Origin: Prorocentrum cordatum
Taxonomy: Eukaryota
Direction: 5' to 3'
DNA: 55,486 bases
Assembly: GCA_963575745.1 (NCBI GenBank)
Contig: CAUYUJ010000155.1
Span: 62,001 to 117,486, forward strand
In this document: piece by piece, positions 12,201-23,899 of the stretch
How positions within the stretch are numbered: position 1 is the first letter of the stretch
Layout: each line of letters begins with the position of its first letter
Notes under the pieces: generated by a model
What the model saw: only the letters and a program-made list of their open reading frames with translations
Told to the model about the DNA's origin: nothing
The model's database searches: none
Made by a program: the position numbers and the translations under genes

Positions 12201-13600
12201 GGGCCCTCTTGGGACGCCCCTTGGGCGCCTCTTGGGGGCCTCTTCGGGGCCTCTTGGGCCGTCTTGGGCGGTCGTGGGCTCTCTTGGAGCGCTCGTGGGC
12301 CTTCTTAGGGGGGAGCCCAAAACACATGCAAAAACCCTAGGGAAAACCCGAAACCGGCCATTAGAGCCAATCCGTCCCCGCTACGCCCACCCCTGGACCC
12401 CCCCCTTAGGGGCTTCGCCCAACGCACAACGTCATCACCCGCACCTCGCTCTTTCCGTTACCTGGGCCGGCACGGGAACGGAAAGGTCGCACTCAGCAAT
12501 TCGCTCGAACATTATCATGGCATCATTCGCCTCTCCAGTCTTGGTATAAAGAGTCTTTTGCGCCGACACTCACTCTTCGGAGCCTTGTTACTCCTGCTCC
12601 TCCTGCCCCTGCTTCTGCTCCTTCTTGTTCACCAACCAATCGAACATCAGCGCTCCTCCTCCTTCTTCTTCTGCTCTTTCTTGCTCATCCTCTTCCTCCT
12701 CATCCTCCTCCTCCTCCCCTGCTCCTCTGCTTGCTCCTCCTCCTCCTCCTCCTCCTCCTCCTCCTCCTCCTCCTCCTCCTCCTCCTCCTCCTCCTCCTCC
12801 TCCTCCTCCTCCTCCTCCTCCTCCTCCTCCTCCTCCTCCTCCTCCTCCTCCTCCTCCTCCTCCTCCTCCTCCTCCTCCTCCTCTCTCCTCCCTCCTCCTC
12901 CCCTCGTCCTCTTCATCCTCCTCTTCCCTCCTCCTCATGCTGCTCCTCCTGCTGTTCCTCCTCCTCCTCCTCCTCCTCCTCCTCCTCCTCCTCCTCCTCC
13001 TCCTCCTCATCCTCATCCTCCTCCTGTTCGTTGTGCTCCTCCTCCTAAGAGCTTTCTTATGCCAGTCGTCGTTACTAATGAGGAGCCATGGTGTTGTGAG
13101 CGTATGACGTCACTGTGAGCTCTTGGAAGCCTCTGTTATGTGGCGTATCCGAGCCTTCTTGGGGGTCGTTTTGGGGTCATTGGGGGCAGTCCTGAGGCCC
13201 ACTTGGGCCGACTTGGGGCACTTTCGGGGCGTCTTAGAAGGCTTTGGCCGTCTTGGGGCTCTCTTGGGGGTCCCTTCGGGCCCTCTTGGGCGCCTCTTGA
13301 GGCCCTCTTGGGGCTCTCTTGAGAGCCTCTAGACCCTCTTGGGCCGTCTTAGGTCCCTCTTGGGAGCCTCTTTGGGCCCTCTCGGGCCGTCTTGGGGCCT
13401 TCACGGGAGCCTTGAGGCGATCTCGTGGGCCTCTTGGGCCGTCTTGGGCATCGAGCCGCCCAAAGGGCCATCCCAATAGATAAAAATCGAGGCCGGAGGG
13501 CGATTAGACTTTTCGCCCGCCCGTCCCCCTTCCCCTGGACCCCCCCCCCCTGGGCTGACGCTCTACCAAGAACGGAACCGCGTGAACGCTCTTTCCGTCA
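9276..13600 (-). mobile_element. Head-to-tail array A: 4 units (9276-10220, 10221-11175, 11176-12460, 12461-13600) of a subterminal-IR element with a GGCCTCTTGGG satellite core
   Basis: Units 1-3 are clearly alignable; unit 4 is divergent. Junctions read CGCTCTTTCCGTT-A|CCTGGCCCGGCACAGA-AACGGAAAGAGCG, a perfect 13-bp IR (10207-10219 / 10237-10249). The array ends each carry only one arm. Strand is inferred from end architecture. Confidence 0.8.
12730..13045 (+). repeat. (CCT)n microsatellite inside array A unit 4
   Basis: Seen directly in the sequence. Confidence 0.95.
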
Positions 13601-16600
13601 TCCGCCGCCCCCTGTCGGCTTGCCACAGGGGTGCCTGGCGTGCCAAATTCTTTCGGTTTGGGTTTTGGTTCTTTTCCAAAAGAACTCCCCCTGGGACTTC
13701 GGCCCGTCCCGCCGGGGTCCCGGGATGATCTTCCAGGAGCTCAATTCCCGGAAAAATCATCCAAGACGGCTCCAGATGGGCTCCAAGATGGCCACGTTGG
13801 CCCAAGATGGCCTCCAAGATGGTCCCAGATGGCCTCCAAGTCTACCGAAGATGGTCCAAGACGGCCTCCAAGACAGCCTAAGAGAGTCTAAGATAACCCC
13901 AAGTTCGCCCAAGAAGCCTCCAAGAGGGGCCTGCAAGAGGTCCTCCAGGAGGATCTGAAGAGGCCAAAATCATTGATGTTCTTTAGGTTTTTGAGGGACT
14001 TGGGCATTTGCTTCTTCTCGGCATTCCGACGGCTCAAGACGGCCCAAGAGGCCCCCAAGATCGCCCCACGATCGCCCGAGAGGCCTCCAAAAGGGCTCCT
14101 TGACGGCCCAAGAGGCCCCCAAGACGGCCCACAGAGGGCACAAACACGACCCAAGAGGCCTCCAAGACGCCCAAGATGGCCTCTAAGACGGCCCTGGAGC
14201 ACCCCAAGAGGGCCCGAAGTCGGCCCAGAAAGGCCCCCCAAACGGCTTCCGACGGCGTCAGACGGGCCAGGAGCCAACCAAGATGGCCGAAGTTGGCTCG
14301 AAGCTGACCCAAGACGGCCCAAGAGGCCTCCAAGAGGGCCTCCAGGAAGGCCAGAAAAGGCCAAAAACACTGATGTCCCGTTGGTGTTCGAAGGATTTTG
14401 ACATTTGCTTCTTTTCGGCCTTCCGACGGCCCGATACGGCCCACGAGCCCCCAAAGAACGACCAACGATCGCCCAAGATACCTCCAAGATGGCCCCAGAA
14501 CGGCACAAGAGGCCACCAAGACGGCCCCAAGAGGCCCCCAAGACGGCCCAGGAGGCGTTTAAGACGCCCAAGATGGCCTCCCAGACGGCCCTGGAGCATT
14601 CCAAGAGGCCCGAAGTCGGCTCAGAGAGGCCCCCCAAGACGGCCGAAGATGGCACTAAGATGGCCCAAGACGGCCAAAGAGGCCTCCAAGAGGGCCTCCA
14701 GGAAGGCCCGACAAGGCCAAAATCATTGATTTCCCATGAGTTTTTGAAGGATTGTGGCATTTGCTCTTTTGTTTGGCCTTCCGACGGCCCGAGACGGCCC
14801 ACGAGCCCCCAAAGATCGCCCAAGAGGCCCCAAGACGGCCCCAAGAGGCCCCCAAGACGGCCCAAGAGGCCTCCAAGACGCTCAAGATGGCCTCCAAGAC
14901 GGCCCAAGAGCCCTCCAAGACGTCCTCCAAGAAGGCCCGAAAGGGACAAAATGGCCTCCAGGCGACCAAGATGACCTTCAAGATGCCCACGTGTTCCTCG
15001 AAGGCTTTCCAAACCGATTCGGGAACACATGGTCCGATAGCTTGGCAGGTCTGGCCTCAACGTTCGGCCACATAGGCGCTTCCAAAAAGGCAGGGGGCGG
15101 CTGTGATTCGCCGTAGACGTCTTCGATTCGCCGCCCCCTGTCGATTCATCGCAGGGGTGCCTGGCGTGCTAGACCCTTTCGGTTTTGGTTTTGGTTCTTT
15201 CCAAAAGAACTCCCCCTGGGGCTTCGGCCCGTCCCGCCAGGGTCCCGGAAGGCTCTTCCAGGACCGGAAACGACCTCAACGTCCGCAACAAATTCTCCAA
15301 GACGGCTCAAGATGGCCTCCAAGACGGCCAAGATGGCCCTCAAGCTCGCCCAAGATGGTCCAAGATGGCCTCCCAGACGGCCCAAGAAGGTCCAAGATGG
15401 CCTCCAATTCGGCCCAAGAAGCCTCCAAGACGGCCCAAGATGGCCCAAGAGGCCCCCCAGATGCTTCCAAGACGGCCCAAGAGGCCTCCAAGTGGTCCTC
15501 CAGGAGGGCTCAAAGAGGTCAAAATCATTGATTTTCCATTCGCTTCTTCTCGGCTTTCCGACGACCCAAGACGGCCCAAGAGGCCCCCAAGATCGCCCCC
15601 ACAGCGCCCAAAAGGCCTCCAACATGGCCTCAGGACTGCCCAAGAGGCCCCCAAGGACCAAGACGGCCCCAAGAGGGCACAAACACCACCCAAGAGGCCT
15701 CCAAGACGCCCAAGATGGCCTCCAAGACGGCCCTGGAGCACCCCAAGAGGGCCCCAAGTCGGCCCAGAAAAGCTTCCTAAACGGCTTCCAACGGCGTCAG
15801 ACGGGCCAGGAGCCCACCAAGATGGTCGAAGTTGGCTCGAAGCTGGCCCAAGACGGCCCAAGAGGCCTCCAAGAGGGCCTCCAGGAAGGCCAGAAAAGGC
15901 CAAAAACACTGATGTCCCGTTGGTGTTCGAAGGATTTTGACATTTGCTTCTTTTCGGCCTTCCGACGGCCCGATACGGCCTACGAGCCCCCAAAGAACGA
16001 CCAACGATCACCCAAGATGCCTCCAAGATGGCCCCAGAACGGCCCAAGAGGCCGCCCAAGAGGCCCCAAGACGGCCCCAAGAGGCCCCCAAGACGGCACA
16101 AGAGGCCTCCAAGACGCTCAAGATGGCCTCCAAGACGGCCCAAGAGCCCTCCAAGAAGGCCTGAAAGGGACAAAATGGCCTCCAGGCGGCCAAGATGACC
16201 TTCAAGATGCCCACGTGTTCCCCGAAGGCTTTCCAAACCGATTCGGGGAACACATGGTCCGATAGCTTGGCAGGTCTGGCCTCAACGTTCGGCCACTTCC
16301 AAAAAGGCAGGGGGCGGCGGTGATTTGCCGTAGGCGTCTTTGATCCGCCGCCCCCTGTTGCTTGCAACAGGGGTGCCTGGCGTGCTAGACGATCTCGATT
16401 TTGGTTTTGGTTCTTTTTCAAAAAGAACCCGCCCTGGGGCTTCGGCCCGTCCCGCCGGGGTGCCGGGAACGACCTCCAAGCCCGCAAACGACCTCAACGT
16501 CCGGAAAAAATTCTCCAAGACGGCTCACGATGGCCTCCAAGACGGTCTAGATGTCCCAAGATGGCCTCCAGATGGTCCAAGATGGCCTCCAAGTCCGCCC

Positions 16601-18245
16601 AAGATGGTCCAGGACGGCCTCCAAGACGGCCTAAGAGAGTCCAAGATACCTCCAAGTTCGCTCAAGAAGCCTCCAAGAGGGCCCAAGAGGCCTCCAAGAG
16701 GTCCTCCAGGAGGGCCCGAAGATGCCAAAATCTTCCTAAGGTTTTTGAAGGTTTGTCGTATTTGCTCCTTTTCGGCTTTCCGACGACCCAAGACGGCCCA
16801 AGAGGCCCCCAAGATCGCCCCCACAGCGCCCAAGAGGCCTCCAAGATGGCCCCAAGAGGGCACAAGACGACCCAGGAGGCCTTTAAGACGCCCAAGATGG
16901 CCTTCAAGACGGCCCTGAAGCACCCCAAGAGGGCCCCAAGTCGGCCCATAGAGGCCCCCCAAACGGCTTCCGCGTCAGACGGGCCCGGAGCCCACCAAGA
17001 CGGCCGAAGATGGCCCTAAGATTGCCCAACAGGCCTCCAAGAGGGCCTCCAGGAAGGCCCGAAAAGGCCAAAATCATTGATTTCCCATGAGTTTTTGAAG
17101 GATTGTGGCATTTGCTCTTTTGTTTGGCCTTCCGACGGCCCGAGACGGCCCACGAGCCCCCAAAGATCGCCCAAGAGGCCCCTAGACGGCCCCAAGAGGC
17201 CCCCAAGACGGCACAAGAGGTCTCCAAGACGCTCAAGATAGCCTCCAAGACGGCCCAAGAGCCCTCCAAGACGTCCTCCAAGAAGGCCCGAAAGGGTCAG
17301 AATGGCCTCCAGACGGCCAAGATGACCTTCAAGATGCCCACGTGTTCCCCGAAGGCTTTCCAAACCGATTCGGGGAACACATGGTCCGATAGCTTGGCAG
17401 GTCTGGCCTCAACGTTCGGCCACATAGGCGCTTCCAAAAAGGCAGGGGGCGGCGGTGATTCGCCGTAGGCGTCTTCGATTCGCCGCCCCCTGTTGGCTTG
17501 CCACAGGTGTGCCCGGCGTGCTGGACTTCTTACGCTCTGGTTTTGGATCTTTGTCCAAAAGAACTTCCCCTGGTGTTTCGGTCCAGCGCGCCGGCCACCT
17601 GAAAGGGACCATAAACGAGCACAACGCCCACAAAAAGATTCACAAGACGGTCAAGATGGCCTCTAAGATGGTCACGTTGGCCCAAGATGGCCCAAGATCG
17701 CCGAAGAGGCCTCCAAGATGATGACCCCAGAAGAACAGCCCAAGAGGCCCCCAGGACGGCCCCAAGGAGCCCCAAGACGGTCCAAGAGGCCTCCAAGACG
17801 CCCAAGATGGCCTCCAAGACGGCCCTGGAGCACCCCAAGAGGGCCCCAAGTCGGCCCAGAGAGGCACCCAAGACGGCTTCCGACGGCGCCAGACGGGCCA
17901 GGAATGCCCCAAGACAGCCAAAGAGGCCCCAGAGAAGCCCCCCAAGGCCCCCGAAAGCTCCCAAGATGCCTCCAAGAGGCTCCCAGGAAGCTCCCAGGAG
18001 GCCCCAGAGTGCCCCCGGAGGCTCCCAAGATGCCCCCTCCTGTTTCCTCCTCCTCCTCCTCCTCCTCCTCCTCCTCCTCCTGATCTTCCCCGCCATCCTC
18101 CTCCGAGTGTTCCCCGAAAGGATTTCACAACGGCTGGGAGGAACACATGGTCCGATAGCTTGGCAGAGGTCTTGCCACAACGCTCGGCCACATGGGCCAT
18201 TCCAACATGCAGGGGGCGGCGGTAATTCGCCGTAGGCGCCTTCGA
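13601..18245 (+). mobile_element. Head-to-tail array B: 4 units (13601-15126, 15127-16343, 16344-17478, 17479-~18245) of a Helentron/DINE-1-like non-autonomous element
   Basis: Each unit starts T(C/T)CGCCGCCCCCTG followed by a partial IR (CAGGGG), has a CCCAAGA(C/T/G)GG tandem core and a conserved block (GGAACACATGGTCCGATAGCTTGGCAG). Each ends CAGGGGGCGGCGG + CGCC-GTA-GGCG hairpin + TCTTCGA, with single substitutions in some units. Confidence 0.82.
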
Positions 18246-18639
18246 AATAAAAAAAACACAAAATGTGTTGTGCCTCCAAATCTGGAGCATGCGCGAGCGT
18301 CCCGCGACCACTTTGCGTTGGTTGTTGACCAGGACGGCGGGGGTGTCGGCATCTTGCTTGCTGCGCGCAGGGCAACACTCCCTGTCGAAAGACCATACAG
18401 CGTGCACTTTGCCTCCAAAATTTTGAGCACGCGCAGGCGCCCGGCGACCACTCTGCATCGGTTCTTGACAGAGACGCCTTGCTGCCCGCGCTGCCACGCC
18501 TGGGCCTCCAGGGTGTCGGGTGCACCTGGAAGCCGCGGCGCACATAGTATGCGTGGCGTTCCCAGGCGGCATGCAGGGATTCGGGTGCTACTTCTGTGTT
18601 GGGAGGGCGGGTGGGAGTGAGCGAGACGGCTTGCGGGCA

Positions 18640-19748
18640 GAGGGGGTGTCTTGACCCCTCCCTCTGCCCCCTCCCCCCTGGACCTGGACAGGGCATTTCG
18701 CGAGATGTCAGAGGATGGTTTCGGGCTCAAGATGGTTCCAAGAGGGCTTCCAAGAGCTCAAGATGACCTCCTGGAAGGCCCAAGATAGCGCAAGATCCAT
18801 CCAGATGGCTTCCAACATGCTCGAAGAGACCCCAACACTAGTCCAAGACGGGTCTAAGAGGCCTCGGAGCCTCCACAGGAGGTCCCAAAGAGGCCAACAT
18901 CCTTCAAGAACCTTCGGAAATCGATGATGTTAGCCTTCTCGCCCTTTCGCTTCCGATGGCTTCCCGAGGCCTCAAGATAGCTCCAAGAGGGCCCAAGACG
19001 GCCCCAAGAGCGGCTCCAGAAGGGCACAAGACGGCCCCGAGAGTGCCAAAGAGCGTTTCAGGAGCGCTTCAAAAGAGCCCCGGCGCTACTTGGAACCTCC
19101 CCCTTCTTAGACCGATCACCTCCAAGATGGCCCCAAGATGGCCTCCGAGGCTCTCCAGAGTGCCCCAAGAGGGCCCCAAGAGCCGCCCAGGAGGCGCCAA
19201 GAGGCTCCCAAGATGCTCCCAAGATGCCCCAAGAGGCTCCCAAGAGTCCCCCAAGATACCCCAAGAGGCTCCTCCGAGGCACCCAAGACGCGTCAAGAGG
19301 CTCCCAGGAACGCAAGGGGCCCCGAAAACGCCCCAACAGGCCTTCAAAAAACTCTCGAGAGACATCCGAAGAGACTCCGAGAAGCATCTAAGAGGCCTCT
19401 GGCCTTTCTGTTCGCCCTCCTCTTCGTCCTCTTCCTCATCCGCCTTATCCTCTGCCTCTCCCTCCCTCATCCGTTATGCCTCCTCCTCCTCCTCCTCCTC
19501 CTCCTCCTCCTCCTGCTCCTCCTCCTCCTCCTCCTCCTCCTCCTCCTCCTCCTCCTCCTCCTCCTCCTCCTCCTCCTCCTCCTCCTCCTCCTCCTCCTCC
19601 TCTGGTTCCTCCTCCATCCTCCCCTTCTCGTGTATGACGGCTTCCCAGCCTCTGTTCCACTGCGTGCTCCCCCACAGGCCTCATCGGGGCAACCCGCCCG
19701 GGCACCGCTTCTGGATGGGCCGGCGGGGCTGCGCGAAGCGTCCAGAAG
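18640..19748 (+). mobile_element. Satellite-cored element ending in a CGC-GAA-GCG hairpin
   Basis: CCCAAGAGG core, then (CCT)n, then CTTCTGGA (19708-19715)…CGCGAAGCG (19732-19740) TCCAGAAG (19741-19748). Boundaries are approximate. Confidence 0.45.
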
Positions 19749-19878
19749 TTGGCATCCCGAAGCACTCCCGGAGGGCGCTGGCCCCTCGCCCCCCCTCCCC
19801 CCCACCCTGGGCACGCCCGTGATCGTCCCGGGGATAAAAAACAACTGCCTCTACCTCTACCCATTGGCGTCGAGCGAT

Positions 19879-20040
19879 GGGGGGAAGCGAGGAGGAGAGG
19901 GCCTTCTCAGAAGGCGGCGGGACCTCTCGGAAGCCCTCGCGCCCTCTGAGAATGTCTTCGGGGAAGGCTTCGAGAACTTCTCAGAAGGCTGGGGGAGAAC
20001 CGAGCCTTCTGAGAAGGCCTTCTCCTTCTCACTTCCCCCC
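19879..20040. mobile_element. MITE-like element, copy 1 (second copy at ~21210-21370)
   Basis: Perfect 16-bp IR GGCCTTCTCAGAAGGC (19900-19915) / GCCTTCTGAGAAGGCC (20004-20019), extending imperfectly outward. A homologous copy sits at 21210-21370. Confidence 0.7.
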
Positions 20041-20655
20041 CGGGCTCGCCGCCGAACCCAGACCCCCGACGTCAAGTTGTTTCACGACGTGGACTCCAGA
20101 GATCTCGACCCACTCCTCGGGACCGGCTTCTCATCCTGAACCTTGCTGTGAGAGCCCCAGGGCCTGGCGAGGGCCCCGAAAACGGCAACAGAAGCTTCCG
20201 TCGTGATGTTTGCCGTGATCCGACAGGACAGGACAGGCGCCGATGTGCGCCTCGGCGGGGACGCTGGAGCGCCGAAACTCAGATGTCGTAGCGCATGGTT
20301 ACCGTGCGGTCTCGAGTGTGCACGATTGGCTCCACTGATCTCGAGTTTGTGCTATTGGCCCCACGTAAGTGAGGCAGACGCGCCCCTTCTGTTTTCTCAC
20401 GCTGCATGTCGTGATCAGAGGTGGTCTGGGAATGCTGGAGGCCTGGGCCCACTCCAAGTTTCTTAACAAGCGTCGGGGGGGCGCCGCCCCCGCTGACAGC
20501 CCCACATCGACCCCCGTCGCGGGCAGCCACCGCGCGCCGAAGGCGCTCCGACCCGCACCGCGGCGCGACGACGAGGCGAGGTCGACCCCCGCCGTGGGGA
20601 CACCCCCCCACGCTTACCAAGAAACCCAGAGTACGGCCGCGCCGTTGGGGAGACC

Positions 20656-20803
20656 AAAAGGTACCGATACCGCTACTCCCAGGACCTCTCCCGGGGTTCG
20701 TTCTGACCAGGATCTCGAGGCGAATCCAACGGAGGCGACGAGGGACTCCGAGGAGGCCCAAAAAGGGGAAAACGGGCGGAGGGTAGCGGTATGGGTACCT
20801 TTT
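20656..20803. mobile_element. MITE-like element (inverted second copy at ~25455-25610)
   Basis: 21-bp TIR with 1 mismatch: AAAAGGTACCGATACCGCTAC / GTAGCGGTATGGGTACCTTTT. The interior matches the reverse complement of 25460-25610. Confidence 0.72.
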
Positions 20804-21399
20804 TCTCCTCTGAGCCGTGGGCTCCCTCCCTGCGGACCACGCTCACGGGGCAATCCAGCGGCGGCGCCTCGTCCCGCCGCCCCAGGGCGGGCCGAGGCGG
20901 CGGGCGCGCCGCGGCGAGGCAGAGCAGCGCGAGGCACCGCACGACCGTCGGCGCGCACACGGAAGGGGGGGGCTTCGGGGGCGGCGGCCTCCCGAAGAGC
21001 CCAGCTCGGTGGCGAGCGACGGGGGGGGAAGTGGGGAGGAGGGGGAGGAGGAGGAGGAAGGAGGAGGAGGAGAGGAGGAGGAGGAGGAGGGGAGGAGGAG
21101 GGAGGAGGAGGAGGAGGAGGAGGAGGAGGGGGAGGGGGAGGGGGAGGAGGAGGAGGAGGAGGAGGAGGAGGAGGAGGAGGAGGAGGAGGAGGAGGAGGAG
21201 GAGCAGCAGGAGGCCTTCTCGGCAGGCGGGGCTCCTCAGAAACCCCTCGCGCCTTCTGAGAAGCTCTCTCCGCATCTTCGGGGAAGGCTTCGAAAACTGC
21301 TCGAAGGCTGGGGAGGCTTCCAAGCCTTCTGGGAAGGCCCGCCCCTTCTCGCTTCCCCCTCCCCCCGGCTCGCCGCCGATCGGACCCGCTTTCGCGGGT

Positions 21400-21915
21400 C
21401 GGCCGAAACTCCTGGGCCCGCCACGGGACGCGGGGCTGGGCTACTCGCAGGAGCGACCCGAGGCAAGAGTGACCTCTGATGCGCGGACTCAGGCGGCGCA
21501 GGGTGGCCAGATCCAAGCGCGCAGGCAGCCACTGTCGCAGCGCGCTCAGCGATCGGGAGGACCCCGGTGAGCCCGCACCCGAGGTCGCTCTTACGTGCGA
21601 AGGGTCGCTCTTGCGTGCAGTCGAGGGGGCGTGCCCACCGAGGAGGCTCCTCCCTCGCCATCGCTCGGACGCCCATGCCCGTGCAATCGTCGTCGGCTTC
21701 GCGCGTTTTTTCCCGCACGAGGATCCAAGCTGCTCCTCGATGGCTCGCGTCGAGGGAAGCAATGCACACGTCCGAGCGACGCGAAAAGTTCTCAGCACCC
21801 GCCCCCCGGGTCGCGAGGGCGGGGCGTCGGCCTCCCGAAGACGAGCCCCTGGTTTTTCTGCTCCAGGCCTCCTCCTCCTCCTCCTCCTCCTCCTCCTCCT
21901 CCTCCTCCTCCTCCT

Positions 21916-21951
<36 letters not shown>

Positions 21952-22310
21952 CATCCTCCTCCCCAACTACATACGGGCAGCGTCACGTCTGGAGGTCGCG
22001 GATCTCCTCTGCGGATGTATTTCGCGCATCTCGCGCCTGGGCGAGGCTCCGAAGAATACAGTCAGCCCGTATCATGAGGATGCACGATAAGGATGCAAGG
22101 GCCTCGGACGCCCATCTCGAAGCTGTTCGAGCGGGGCGCGGCCAACGAAAGTGGCATTGTCAGGCCTCCACAGTGCTGGAAATCTTGCCAGCCAACCCCA
22201 CGCACGTTTTGTGGCCTCATCGGAGGTTGGGGGGTGAGATCGCAGTGGAACGGAGATCCCCAACTGGAAATCGTGTCGTTTCGTTCGTGTCGTGCGTGCG
22301 GGCGAGGCGA
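21400..22310 (-). mobile_element. Probable LINE relic (end of the endonuclease domain and linker)
   Basis: 21700-21790 is similar in nucleotide sequence to 41390-41480 (end of the APE domain of the large LINE) and to 24350-24440 (…CTCCTCGATGG…CACACGTCC(G/A)A(G/A)CGA…). Confidence 0.45.
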
Positions 22311-22334
22311 AGCTGCGTGGGCGCGCGAGAGGAA

Positions 22335-22980
22335 TGAACCCGCCGTTGCTAGGGCAAAATCAAAACAAATGATTATCCCCCTCCCGTCCGTCCGGCGGTG
22401 GCCCGTGGTGTCCCGCGGTGTCCCGTGGTGTCCCGTGGTGTCCCGTGGTGTCCGCCGTTGCTAGGGCGAAAACAAGACAAATGATTCTCCCCCGCCCACC
22501 CGTCCGGCGGTGGCTCGCGATATCCCGTGGTGTCCCGTGGTGTCGCGTGGTGTCCCGTGGTGTCCCGTTGAGTGAGATCGATAGTGAGATCGATAGTGAG
22601 ATCGATACTGAGATCGATGTGGTGCCCCGAGGTGTCCCGTGGTGTCCCGTGGCGTCCCGCTGAGTGAGATCGATAGTGAGATCGACAGTGAGATCGAGGG
22701 GTGTCCCGTGGTGTCCCGTGGTGTCCCGTGGTGTCCCGTTGAGTGAGATCGATAGTGAGATCGATAGTGAGATCGATAATGAGATCGAGAGGTGTCCCGA
22801 GGTGTCCCGTGGTGTCCCGTGGTATCCCGTGGTGTCCCGTTGAGTGAGATCGATAGTGAGATCGATAGTGAGACCGATAATGAGATCGAGAGGTGTCCCG
22901 CGGTGTCCCGTGGTGTCCCGTGGTGGCCCGTGGTGTCCAGTGGTGTCCCGTTGAGTGAGATCGATAGTGAGATCGATTGA
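22335..22980 (+). repeat. Higher-order minisatellite alternating (GGTGTCCCGT)n and (GAGATCGATAGT)n
   Basis: About five cycles of 10-mer blocks then 12-mer blocks, preceded by a duplicated ~110-bp head (CCGCCGTTGCTAGGGC…AAATGATT at 22340 and 22452). Confidence 0.92.
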
Positions 22981-23369
22981 GTCAGATGTTGGTTCCCCCC
23001 CTCTCCCCCCCTCTCCCCCCCACAACCTCCTTATCACCCGAAGGGTGGTCGTATAGGTAGGAGCTTATACCTAAAGCTCCCAGCTGCAGCGCCCGCATGG
23101 CGCCCCCCCCCTCTCGGCGCACCCTTCACACGCTCAGTGGCCCCACGAGGAGATCCTCCGAAGGCGATACTCACAACCACGGTACTCACGACTCGGACGA
23201 AAGGGGGGATAGCAAAGCGGGGGGGTTGAGAATCGGCTCACGCAGCTGATTTGCCCGGCGCCTCCAGGCGCCGGAGGCGACTATGTATCGAGGAATGGGC
23301 CCCTCGGTGGGGCCGAAACTAGCTGCACGCAGCAAACTTCGTAACCCCCCTTTCGTGAGGCCCGCACCA

Positions 23370-23401
<32 letters not shown>

Positions 23402-23899
23402 GAGAGGAGGAGGGAGAGGAGGAGGGGAGGAGGAGGAGGAGGCGAAGAGGGAGTGAGGAGGAGGAGGAGTTGGAGGCGGAGGCCCGCACCAGGGGCGGGG
23501 GGGGGGGGGCGGGGGGGGGGCGGACCGGGGCGGGGCTTCGAGAGATGCGGGCGCCGCGGCCTCGGCTCCGCTCCGGGGCGGCTCCAGGTGGCCACGCAGC
23601 TCCCCGTGGGGAGCCCCCCGGGAGGCCCCCCGGCAGTGCCCAGGCGGCTCCCAAGAGAGCCCCGAGAAGGGAGCCGGAGCGTCAGCGTCGTCGTTGCCGC
23701 CGCCGCCGCCAGCGTCGTCGCTCCCCCTTCGGGGTCGGCACCAGGAGCGCCCTCCCCTCCTCCTCCTCCTCCTCCTCCTCCTCCCCTCCTCCTCCTCCTC
23801 CTCCTCCTCCTCCTCCTCCTCCTCCTCCTCCTCCTCATCCTCCTCCATGTTCTTCTGCATGGGAGCCAATTTACCGTAGGGGGCGCCTGGGGTGCCCTG

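Noticed and set aside
18260..18600. Exon-like unique islands (also 2700-2825, 8100-8400, 20060-20460, 25090-25220, 25770-26220, 42700-43200, 48920-49310, 50590-50890, 51750-51870)
   Set aside because: They may be exons of a minus-strand host gene, but I recognise no domain and cannot fix frame or boundaries without transcripts.
13740..19300. Satellite monomer derived from the SL 3' end (GGCTCAAG / GGCCCAAG)
   Set aside because: The similarity is only 7-8 nt and lacks the AGCCATTTT core.
8600..19400. Many long overlapping ORFs (RPKRPPR / LGASWAV / QDGPRG types)
   Set aside because: These are translations of a stop-poor GC-rich 10-11-mer satellite, open in several frames on both strands.
22335..22980. 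CRISPR-like repeat/spacer look
   Set aside because: The 'spacers' are themselves repeats, there are no cas-like genes, and the context is eukaryotic.
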